NCBI GenBank assembly: GCA_054600435.1
Contig: BAAIJX010000017.1
Location: forward strand, 62,001 to 126,000
DNA length: 64,000 bases
Origin: Neophaeotheca triangularis
Lineage: Eukaryota
Reading direction: 5' to 3'
Each line of letters starts with the position of its first letter. Position 1 is the first letter of the stretch. The notes under the pieces were generated by a model. That model was not told the DNA's origin and did not search any database. It saw only the letters and a list, made by a program, of their open reading frames with translations. A program made the position numbers and the translations under genes. Shown in pieces: positions 1 to 10,907 of the stretch.

Positions 1-1240
1 CACCACTTGTACGGAGAAGAAGAAAGCTGCATCGGTTTCACTGTTTAGCTTCTAGCATTTCTTCCACTCTCTTTCAGGCCTCCATTCAGTACTCATGACG
101 GCCCAAAACCATAATTCACGACACATAAGACCCACGCGATAGCCACACTCCCGCCTCTCCTACTATCTTCGACCGTCTTCGGACAGATGGCAAACTACCG
201 GGTGACGAGGCCGGCAGCGCATAACTTTATAAGTTATTCATAGCTAATCCAGTTCGACAATGACAACGACGAACATCGTAGCGAAGAAGCATGCAGACAC
301 TTCACTAGAAGAGAAAATCCAATCGCAAATCAAGCCAAAAGGAAGAAAGCGAGAGAATTCCTCTAGGCCACATCTTAAGAGCCAAATTGACAACAGCTTC
401 CGCCGAGGAAAAGCGTCCTCATGAAGGGGATTACCGTACTCGTCCCTACCGAACAGCATCTGAATGTCGGTGCGATCAGACGGCATACCGAAAGGGAGTT
501 AGGATAGAAGGGATGGGATGTACGTGAGCCTTTCATACTCTCGTTCGAAGTCATATCCACCCTAGCCCTACGCGAACCTCTTTAAGCGGTAGAAGATCAA
601 GTACATATCATTACAAAGCTTGAACATATGGAGTACCGCACCAGGTACGAATTTGAATAGCAGTCTTAGAAGTGCCATGAAGGTAGGCAAGTCGGATGTG
701 TGCAAACCGGCGGAACAGTCACCACACATAGGCAAAGCAGTTCTAACTCCTAACAGCGAAACAACTTGCCGTCTCTTCGTCTTAATTTAGCTTGACCTTA
801 GGTTACTCTTAGGAGGTACCTTACATGTAGTTTAGCTGTCCACGGCAGATTAGATCTATAGAAGTGCTGAATCTAATCTAGCTAGATCTAACCCCTATCT
901 CTTAGAAAGGGCTAGTTCGGCGAGTGCCTAAGACTACTGTTTTGGGACTGAACTGACACCTTACCTAGGTGGTGGTGTGCGTGAGAGAGACTCAGCTAAC
1001 TACTACCTACTAGTAGGTATTTGCCAACGACCAGTAGTGGCCTACCTTTACCTACGACTAACACGGTACTACATAAAGCTCCAGTAAGCCCCACCGACGA
1101 TTAGTTCTAGTTGTACTATTTGATGTGTTTTTGATCTCGAACTTCATCTGGCCGTCTCTTGCAAGCGTCACATCATCTCGCCATCACCCTCCTTGCCCTC
1201 CGTATCGACCACTGCCGTATATGTAGTATAGCCCTCAATA

Positions 1241-2758
1241 ATGGCCAGCCACTCGCAACAATTTACTAGCAAAACCCGTGTCTTCATCCTCTCGGACATT
1301 TCCAACGAACCGGACGATGCCGAATCGCTCTGCAGATACCTCTTGTACTCCAACCAATTCAACACAGAAGGGTTGGTCGCCTGCACAAGCACATGGCTAC
1401 GGAACAAGGTGTTTCCCCAGGATATGGAGAAGATTATCGACGCGTATGCCGGGGCCGTGGACAATCTGAACAAACACGCTCATCCAAGCTGGCAATACCC
1501 TTCTGCGCAGCACCTCAAGAGTCTTGTCAGGAAAGGTGCAGAAACCTACGGTATGACTGCCGTGCGTGAAGACGTGCCTCTCTCTGCTGGCGGTGAGCTT
1601 CTACTCAAGCGCATCGAATCGACCGAGTCTTCATTGCCATTGTGGGTGCTATGCTGGGGCGGAACCAATACCCTAGCGCAGGTACTCCACTACATTGCTC
1701 GTAACTACAAAGCAGACGAGGCGAAAGAGCTTCGATCACGGCTCAGAGTCTACGCCATTTCCGATCAAGACGATACGGGTGTGTGGATCCGGCAGAGTTT
1801 CCCGGACATTTTTTACATTGCATCAGTGCACGGGTGGAACAGCTATGGCATGGCGGCCTGGACAGGCATCTCGGGCGAACAATACTATGGCTTCGACCAA
1901 GGTGGTCCGGATTCCACCAAGATTCAAAAGCAGTGGATCAAAGACAACATCCAAATCGGGCCACTCGGATCCGCGTATCCCGATCCCATGTTCATCCCCG
2001 AGGGTGACACACCCACATTCCTCTACCTGATTCAGAACGGTCTAGGCGTGCCTGAGCACCCTTCTTATGGCTCATGGGGTGGGAGATACGCTCGCACCGA
2101 CGACAGCGACGTCAGCGAAGCACCCGGCGGCGTCAACAGCAAGCACTACACCGACACCGTCGACACGGTAAAGGGGCAAGACGGCAAAATGTACACCTCG
2201 AACCAAGCCACAATCTGGAGATGGCGAGACGCTTTCCAAAACGACTTCGCCGCCCGCATCAAGTGGTCCATTGAGGCCGACTTCACCAAAACGACCCACC
2301 ACCCCGTCATCAACATCAACGGCACTTTGGACCTCGCGCCCTTGTACCTCGAGGCCGAAGCCAGCAGCACCATCACGCTCGATGCCAGCGCAACCTACAG
2401 CCCGGATTCCAGCGGCCAATTGTCCTTCAAATGGTGGCACTACAAGCAACCCACTGCGATCCAATGGTGGGTAGATGCCGAGGTCAAGGATCTGGGAATC
2501 AAGAAGCTGGACGACGAAGGCCGACGAGTAGAAGTCACTTTACCGGAGCCTGGCGAATGCTGCACGGAACTGTTGAGCAGGGCGCCCAAGGCGAAAGGGC
2601 AGCTGTTGCACTTGGTTCTCGAAGTCACCAACGATGGCGTTCCGCCGCTAACGAGCTATCGGAGGGTTCTTATCCAGGCGACGAACCCCAAGCTGTTGGG
2701 TGGTGGTCAAGGTGGTGATTCGATTGCGGATGTCATGCAGAGCGCACCGAGTACTTAG
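1241..2758 (+). CDS. DUF1593 / Sde182-type nucleoside-hydrolase-like protein, 505 aa, intronless, no signal peptide
   Basis: N-terminal motif VFILSDISNEPDDAESLCRYLLYSN, plus WGGTNTLAQ, ISDQDDTG, EGDTPTFLYLIQNGLG..GSWGGRY and IWRWRDAFQNDFAAR, all typical of DUF1593 proteins. Confidence 0.9.
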   Translation: MASHSQQFTSKTRVFILSDISNEPDDAESLCRYLLYSNQFNTEGLVACTSTWLRNKVFPQDMEKIIDAYAGAVDNLNKHAHPSWQYPSAQHLKSLVRKGAETYGMTAVREDVPLSAGGELLLKRIESTESSLPLWVLCWGGTNTLAQVLHYIARNYKADEAKELRSRLRVYAISDQDDTGVWIRQSFPDIFYIASVHGWNSYGMAAWTGISGEQYYGFDQGGPDSTKIQKQWIKDNIQIGPLGSAYPDPMFIPEGDTPTFLYLIQNGLGVPEHPSYGSWGGRYARTDDSDVSEAPGGVNSKHYTDTVDTVKGQDGKMYTSNQATIWRWRDAFQNDFAARIKWSIEADFTKTTHHPVININGTLDLAPLYLEAEASSTITLDASATYSPDSSGQLSFKWWHYKQPTAIQWWVDAEVKDLGIKKLDDEGRRVEVTLPEPGECCTELLSRAPKAKGQLLHLVLEVTNDGVPPLTSYRRVLIQATNPKLLGGGQGGDSIADVMQSAPST

Positions 2759-3079
2759 GTAGATAGAAGATTTGTCCAAGGAAAGAATTGTGACAACATC
2801 TGACCACGCCTACTCTACTTCTGAAGCAGTGCCTCAAATGACGTTGTGGCATGCCGTGCCTTCTCTCGGACAACGCCACTATTGAGAGTCTATGAGCTCA
2901 AAGACGCCTTGTTCCTGGACTCCTGCAACCGGAACTGCGACACCAAGTCATGAGGCTTTGTCGAGGGAAAAGAAGCGCTCCAAGGTTTCAGGAAAGGGTG
3001 TTTAAACCTTGCTCATAGCCCGATCTATCATTCTATTCAAGTGCGTCGTATATACAGCCCCTTCACCACGCCCCAACTT

Positions 3080-4187
3080 CTAAGCAAAGATCAAAAGCGG
3101 GTTATTCGGAAGATAGAATCCAGGATCATTAAACCTCAAGCCCATATCCAGCGCCGAAATGGCCTCAAGATCCTCCTTGGTCAGCTCATAGTTTAGCACG
3201 TCCAAGTTCTGCGCCAAACGGTGCTGGCTGTTGGACTTGGGAATGACGGCGACACCTCTCTGCGTCGCCCACCGTAGCAGCACTTGCGCGGGCGTGACGT
3301 TGTGTTTGGAGGCGATGCTCTTGATGGGCTCTTTGTCGAAGAGCATGCCGGCCTTCTCGGCTTTGGCGCGGAACTCCGGGCTCAGTTCGAGGAAGCTCTG
3401 CGGGCCGAACGAGGAGTAGGCGGTCACGGCGATCTTGTTCGCTTGCGCCATTTCGATGAGTTTGGGCTGCACGAGGTAAGGGTGGTGTTCGATTTGCAGC
3501 GACGAAATGGGGTGGCGCGCGTAGTTCATGACCTCGTAGAGGAGCTGGGCTTGGAAGTTGGACACGCCGATGGATCTGGCGATGCCCTCGTCCACGAGCG
3601 TCTCCAGCGCTTGCCAGGTCTCGGAAATTGGGACTTTGGCGGTCGTCACTGTCTTGCCATCGACACCCCACCAAGCCTTTGAGGAATAGGTGTCAGTAAG
3701 TCGGCGACAATGTCCGTTTGTCAAATATCGGGGCTGCGCGTACGGTGTACTTCTTGACCGCCGGGTCAATGTACTCGAGTGAAACGGGAAAGTGGATGAG
3801 ATAAAGGTCGATGTATCCCAGTCCCCATTCCTCGTTCTGAGACTTTGCCATCTTGATCGCATGTTCTCTGGCATGGTAAGGATTCCAGAGCTTCGTAGTG
3901 ATGAAGATGTCTTGCCGCTTCACAAGACCCTCATTGATGGCTCGTCGAACGCCGTCGCCGGCCTCCTTCTCGTTCGCATAATCATAAGCGCCGTCAAAGA
4001 GTCTGTAGCCGACTTTGATTGCCTGAGTGACTTGTCAGCACCGTCGTTGGCTCATAGCAGTGGGGTCTTGCTCCCCGCTCACGTTGTAGACTGTATCCGC
4101 GCAAGTCTCTTGTGGAACTTTCCAAAGCCCGAAGCCCACAAGGGGCATCTCGTGGCCGGAAGCTAGTTTGACAGTGTCTTTAGCCAT
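3080..4187 (-). CDS. NAD(P)H-dependent aldose/D-xylose reductase-like aldo-keto reductase (3 exons)
   Basis: Spliced product [81 protein letters not shown]; introns 4023-4082 and 3677-3743 with GT..AG. Confidence 0.92.
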
Positions 4188-4338
4188 ATTGCCAAGTTGC
4201 GTTGATGGGGAGGAGCGAGGGTATAGGAGGAACAATACAACAAATGGAAGATAGACAAGGTACTGTAGCTGTAGCTCCTGAGGGGAGCAACATACTCCGA
4301 CTTTGTGGTTTGTTAAATGGCGGTAGAAGTGCTCTGGT

Positions 4339-4515
4339 TGGGGGTAGTGGTTGTGATTTCCCCTTTCGGACTGTGGGGGTGGGGGGTGGGGGGTTGACAC
4401 TCGGCAAATCGGGCCTTGTCTCCACAGAGCACCCCCACCTGCAGACAGAAGCACTCCAGGGCTGAAGCAGTGCCCGTGGGCGGGGGGGGGCTTGCTCGTG
4501 GGGGCGGGCGCCGGG
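4339..4515. promoter_or_regulatory. Cluster of SYGGRG (CreA/Cre1-type) sites and G-runs in the divergent AKR/regulator promoter
   Basis: GTGGGGGTGGGGGGTGGGGGG (~4373-4393), CCCCAC (~4433), GCGGGG (~4480) and GTGGGG (~4498) within the 513-bp intergenic region. Confidence 0.5.
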
Positions 4516-4700
4516 TAGAGTCCTCATTCCACACTTCATGGTCCAAGCCTTCGATACTACCTACCTTACCTACCGTGGTTAGTAGTCGATGGCCGTATTG
4601 GAACAAAGTCGTACGCCGTGGCATCAAAGTCTGTTTTCACGGCGTGGGGCGATGCGATATCGCTAGGAATGCAAAGGGAAGCTTCACCTACAGTTGCCAG

Positions 4701-6748
4701 ATGGAAACATCACCAACGGCAGAGCCTAGCAGCCGAGCCGAGAGCTCGCAGGGTCGTCGACAACGGTCACGAAAGGGCTGCTTGACCTGTCGCACAAGAC
4801 GTAGGAAATGTACGTTGGATGTGTGCGCGCGGCTCTGAAACGCATCTGTTGACGTTGGAGTAGGCGACGAAGGCCGGCCGAACTGCCAAAATTGTCTTTC
4901 CAAAGCTCTCGACTGCAAATATCAAGCTGCATTTCAATTTCTTGGGAAAAATCACAAGACGCCAGGGTCTGTTGAAGCAGGAGGAGGGTATGGTCATGTT
5001 CGAGTACGGACTTCCCTGTCAACCTCCCAACGGTAATGTGTGTGCTAATTTGAAAAGTTTGCCCACGACGCAAGTAGCACGCGTGCTGCGCGCAAAATGA
5101 GTGACAGTGCCGACCATGGGGATGCTCGGCCGATGACAACACCAGGCCTGCCACTGACGTCCTTACCAGAAGATGACGCAACCATTGAAATTGAAGAGGG
5201 GAGGCACGCACATCCAGTTGAAGTCGAATATCGAACGTCAAACTACGAGTCAGCTTTGCACGGGTTACTGGCACTGGGGTCCGCGAGCCAACCAGCAGGA
5301 GAAGATGGAGCAGGTGACGATGGTGCAGATTTTCAATCAGACACCTCACCGCATGTGGAAGATCCGGCGACGGCAGCTCAGCGCGGATCGAACGAGGACC
5401 AGTCGCCGCTGCCGCCAGATGCGATTGACAGCGGTCATCAGACAAGCCAAGATTACCTGGACTTCCAAGGGTGGTATTACGAGAGATGTCCCTCGTCAGT
5501 TGGGGTTGAGCGTTTATCTCCCGAAGAAAAGTTGCATCTGATGAAGGATTATCGATATCAAGTTGCTCCCTGGGTAAGGTTGCTCTTCGGCCACACGGAT
5601 GAAAACATAGCTAACGAAGCACTTTGCTGCTAGTTGGATATTGGTGATCGCCTACAATGCTTTGGATGTAAAGTCTTGCGATTGGCGACATCGTCCAGCT
5701 TGATACTTGCAGAAATATTGGCACTCGCTCAGGCTTCAAGCACCGGCCAAGGTATTGAAAGCAGTGAGCAAGGGTCACTCCGTGACAACGCATTCACTGC
5801 AGGAGTTGACCAGCAGCAGGACTTTCAGTACCATACTGTCCTTTGCGCCCTCAAACAAATTCTAATGATGGTCAAAGGCGTATGTTCGGATCTGGACAGC
5901 TTCTGGATCGGCAGCGCTCGCATTGGCGGAGAAGTCATGGAGATACTTTCACCACACGTCGAGGATCAAACGCTGGCCTCGTCATCTTATTGGCTATTGC
6001 AAAGGCTTTGTAGGTATCTTGATTTCTCAGCCTGCAGCCTAGGCATCGCTAATGCTTAACAGGTTTGAGCATTGCATTAGCCGAGATGGTGCCTCTGAAT
6101 TTACCAATGTCACTCACGCATCCCACGCCAGCTCTACTAAGCTCAGTGCTGGAAGTCCGAACGGAGCCGGCTTCTCGTGAGGCGACGACGCTGTGCCTCA
6201 GTGCCTTTATGTTCAGCCGTAGCGACGATGTCGGACACGTGGAAAGGTCGTATGGCCACAACCGTGTCGAAGCCTGGACACGGTTGCTGGAGCTTCACCA
6301 GACCCTGTACGATCATAGGCCAGAAGAGTCGAAGGCTGTGGTCGAGCTATACCCTGAAAACGGGGTTCTCGCTGCAGACGAGTTTCCAGCCATCTTGTTC
6401 ACGAGTGGTGCAGCAGTGTTAGAGAATCAACTCTACCACACTGGGATGCTGATCCTCTTACAGAACAAACCACGTTTTGCCGTTGTGCAGCAGTCCGGTT
6501 CCTTGCAAATGTCAACGTTGTGGCATGCTCGCAGGATATGTGGAATCGCCATGCATAACGACACACGAGAAAGCTGGGACCCGTGCTTGTTGGCTTCCTT
6601 TCTCGTCGCCGCCCGTACGTTAACCCACGAAAGTCAGCATCGAGCTATACTTGCCGCATTTGACAGGATTCAGCGGCTTACGGGATGGACGGTCAGGAGG
6701 CATGTCGATTCTCTGGAAAGCCAATGGCGGTTGGGTGATGAGTTTTGA
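4701..6748 (+). CDS. Zn2Cys6 transcription factor with C-terminal fungal TF domain (DUF3468/PF11951-like), multi-exon
   Basis: Removing intron 4810-4863 gives the complete cluster CLTCRTRRRKCDEGRPNCQNCLSKALDC; downstream YRYQVAPW|LDIGD, NQLYHTGMLILL, LWHARRICGI. Confidence 0.88.
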
Positions 6749-6773
6749 GAATCACGGTTCGGTACGCATTGTG

Positions 6774-8262
6774 TCAGTGGGATTTGTAGCCCCAATGGCG
6801 CTCCAGATCACGCATTCGCCAGCCAGCTGTCCAACCTGTGGTCTTCTCAATGCGACGGATGGTATCGATTACGATCTTATGCTCAGATGTATGCGTGAAA
6901 AGTCGACCCGCGATCCACAGCGCTTGTATGGCGTTATTCAAACAACCTTCGTGTAGATTTGCAAGCGAAATACCACAGATGCGGCGGGCGTGCCACAATG
7001 TGGAAGACTCTGCAGAAGGGACCAGACGCTGATCCTTTGGCTTGCAGCCCAGCAAAAGCACGCAGGAGGTGTGGTATAGCTGGTTGGAGGAGATGGCCGC
7101 CCAGTGGCAGAAGAGAATATGTGGAAATGGCGTGGAATGCGCGGTCTCCACCGGCAGCAGGTCTACGGGTCGGTATATCGACCAGCGCGAAAGCTGGTCC
7201 CATAGAATGATCCAGCGATCTAGGAATGCACGCGTATTGCATCCGTTTTCCTCGCCTAATTCCAGAAACTTGTTCCGATCAGAAATCAGCTCGCAAGTCT
7301 TAGCGCACAAGTAGACGGCGAAGTTCGCATACATGTCCGGCGATTGATGATTACTGAAGAACGTTTCGACGTCGTTCTCGGATATTCCAGGCAAAAGCCA
7401 CTGAGAAGGTTTGATCAACGTGCTCTCTGCGCCATCCGATATCAGGGCGCCACAGACATCTGCTCAGCGTCAGTACGAGCCGTTCTCTGCCGACGAAGTG
7501 TTACGTACCCATCCGCGCATAGCACCAGAAGACTGCCTGTAAGACGCCGCCACTGAATCCATTCACGCCGAACGATTCGAATATCGCGGCACAGCCCTCG
7601 AGATGGCGTCGCCAATCTTGGGCGCTCGCTGTGAACATCTCCAAGCAGCAAAGTATAACACAAGTAGCAATCACGTTGGTATCCCGGGCTTGTAGTAGAG
7701 GTGTCAGAAGCCGAATGGCCTCCTGGTATAGTTCGAGCGAATTGAACGAGTATTTGATTTTGTCTTTTCGCTCAAGCTGCCGCGCACCGATGGCCAGGAT
7801 GGAATACATTAGAGGGGGCGATTGGTTCGCCGCCACAGGCAGCTTTGTACCAAATGTACGGTTATTGTCGAACATGTCAAGCTGTCGTAGTCATTAGCCA
7901 CCAAGGAGATCAAAGGCAAAACCATGCAAGACTGACCTTACCCATGGCGCAACTCGAGATAGGTAGTTGGAAAGGTATTTGACGCGATTTCCGTGGGCTA
8001 GGACTTTGACGAGATTAGGTTGTTCATCCTGACGCTTGTCCGAGGGCGTCAGGGGACGATGGGGCGGTACTGAGCGTGCTGTATCGAACATGAGGGAGCG
8101 AAGCTCGGCTTGCGATGCCAGATAGCTTGGGTCTTGTGCGAACCCGTCAAATCCCCAACTTGCCGCTGGCGAGACGAAAGCATCCACGGGCTCATTGTTG
8201 TCGCATGCCCCTTCGTAATGATCCAATCTTTGTCTCTTGTTTGCAGGCTGGTCGAACTCCAT
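6774..8262 (-). CDS. Fungal TF-domain (DUF3468-like) protein lacking a visible Zn2Cys6 domain (3 exons)
   Basis: MEFDQPANKRQRL..YLSRVAPW|LDMFD (intron 7882-7941)..WRRHLEGC..FWCYARM|D..SNQLYHT..LWHARRICGI; no Cys cluster found between 8262 and the upstream gene's stop at 8781. Confidence 0.82.
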
Positions 8263-8780
8263 TGGACAAAGGTAGCGTGCTTCCTCTAGATCGAGAGAAA
8301 AGGCAAGAGGCAAGTACACTGAGCGCGACTAACCACAGGAGGCGATGTAGGTTGCAGGACACCCTGGCGGTTTACCTTCCTAAAGGGGATGCCGCGCCGG
8401 GATCAAGGGTATTCCACTTCCACTACTTTGCCTCGTTTGCCTAGTCATCTCAACTTTGCTCGCCGCCTCATTCTTCTCAGCACTGCTCTTCATCGCCTCC
8501 GACCTACCTTCGAAAATACATTCTCACTTTCGAGGCCAATTACGAGGAGACTGTCGTCGATAACGAGCAAAGTGGGTCTTCAATATTCAGCTTGATGCCA
8601 CGACAGGCTCAAAATAACTCCCGAAATATCCCAACTGTGATTCGCCTACGAGCTGACGAGGAGGAATGAGCAAATGCTAACGAGACACTATCGAGCGCTA
8701 CCAGCCAGTTCAGAAACCTGCCGCAAGAGCATGATTTACCGTTGTCTTCGGTGCAGCGAGTACGGCGTAATGAAATGAGT

Positions 8781-10119
8781 TCATATGGTTGCTTCTACAT
8801 CATCTACAATCTGCACTTTGATGCTCCCGCTGCTCAAGTCGGAGCACCTATGTAACGCATCTAGTGCATTTTCAAGTGGGTATGTATGGCTCACCAACGG
8901 TTTGAGGTCAATCAAACCACCGGCCAAACATTGCAGTCCCGATGGCCACGTATCCCTGTAACGGTTGATGAACTTGAGGTCGATCTATGCGTTCATGGTC
9001 AGTCAAACCAAGCTCTGCTCGAAAGCCCGCGATCTGCGATGCTGGGCTTTTCGGGGACGGGAAGCTTACCTCTGCCAGTGAAAGATGCATAAATGGAAGG
9101 TTGTTCATGACCTCCTTTCCGACCCCGATTACTATGACTGATCCGCCTCTTCGCGCAGTGTACGCAGCCGTACAGACGGAGCTCTCGACACCAGTGCATT
9201 CCAGCACCGTCTCTGGCGCAGCGCATTCTCCGACTACGTCTGCCTCAAGGCCGACACCAAAGAGCTTCCTGATCTCTCTCGCGTTTCCTTGAGCATCGAG
9301 GCTAGTGTTCACCCGGTAAGTCTTTGCAGACGAGACCAATGTTTTCGCAAAATCAAGACCACTAGCCTCGAGGTCGGTAATGACGAGTGGGTGCGCTCCC
9401 GAAGCACGAGCAGCGGCGAGAGCGATGAGTCCGATAGGTCCTGCGCCACATATCACTGCACCCCGACCGAGCGAGATCCTGGCGGATTGTAACCCGTGCA
9501 TCACGACAGAGAGCGGCTCCAGGAGAGCACCTTCGGCGTAAGAGACATTGTCGGGGAGCTTGTGGCACCAACGCGAGGGATGTGTCTTATACCTTTGTAT
9601 TGTGCCGTCATATGGGTAGACGCCGGCGAACTGTACATCTTCGCAGAGGTTATAACGTCCGTCGCTACAAAGAAAGCACTCTCCACATGGTACTCCAGGC
9701 TCAACAGCCACTCGATCACCTGGTTGATGAGATCAGAACAAAGCTCGAATGGGTTCGAATCGATAAGGGACCAAGAAACCCACCTGGACGTATTTTTGTA
9801 ACACCCTCGCCACATTTGAGCACGATGCCAGCAGCCTCGTGACCCAGGACGCAATCACCTTCGAAGACAAGGGAGCCGATTCTGCCGTGTTTCCAGAAAT
9901 GAATGTCCGATCTAACTACTTGTTAGCGATTGGCTCGGCGCGGCTTTTGGTACGCGGTGCTTACCCGCAAACGCCTGTGGCTTTGATGTGAAGAAGCACT
10001 TCCCCGAAGCCTGGCGCATATACTGGCGCCTCGACCTGCTTCAATTGGTGATCTGCCGTAGCTACAAGTGAAGGGTTTGGCAAAGGTGCCTCGATGGTCG
10101 CTCTGTGGACGTTTCTCAT
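8781..10119 (-). CDS. Zn-dependent polyol dehydrogenase, L-arabinitol 4-dehydrogenase-like (4 exons)
   Basis: KATGVCG|SDIHFWKHGRIG..LGHEAAG..VEPGVPCGECFLCSDGRYNLC..ICGAGPIG..LECTGVES..IDLKFINRYRDTW; start MRNVHRATIEAPLPNPSL, stop at 8781-8783. Confidence 0.9.
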
Positions 10120-10907
10120 GGCGTCGGTTGCGTTGGATGATGCTTGGTCGAGAGGCGCGTGATGATTCGGAGTCTCATAAGGTTTGTCGATGGGCGAACT
10201 GGCATTCAGTCTTTCGGAACCAAGACTCCGATAATTCGCAGTTAATCCTGCCTCTTGGAGCGATACGTGATGCAGGAGAGTGTAGAACGTGTTCTAGATC
10301 ATGTGCCAACGTGTGCGAGCGATCGGGCCATGTCTCTCCAACGATTGTATCAGACCAGACCTTGTCCAGACCTAAATCTTCGGACTTGATATGGCGAGCA
10401 GCAATTTCTTGGAGGGCGCCAACAGCTGCGCTTAGAAGACCCAAAAAAGGCAAGAAGCCCTAGGGTATCGGCAACCTTTCCGGCTTTTCAGTCGCCTCTT
10501 TTGCTGCTACAGTACAAACAATATGGGGGCACATGATCGAAGCTGTCGAGTCAAGACTTACTAGCCAGAAACAGTACACACAACCACCACCCGCCTCGCA
10601 GTCGTTTCCCATTGTTTTATGCACCTTGGAAAGCATCTGCCGCGGCTGGTAACACTAACCTGGTCCGCCTCGTGTAACGACTGCATTGACCCCTCGGGAC
10701 CCCTTGGGGATCCCACACTCTCCCAGCGGGCCGGCCGGCTCTTTCTATACAAGGTAGAGATGGCTATATATATTCACTTCATCTCCATCCACAGCAGTGT
10801 TCGTCGCAAAATTGTCGTTGAACTTTCGCTTGTCGTAACACACCCGGGGCCTTCACCTACCGCTCCGATTCCTCCTTCATCCAATTTACCTCCCCCGAGC
10901 CGAGATC

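Noticed and set aside
244..660. Possible RIP-degraded ORF on the + strand (LIQFDNDNDEHRSEE...)
   Set aside because: Five internal stops in about 139 codons is close to random expectation and I recognise no family; not supportable without a homology search
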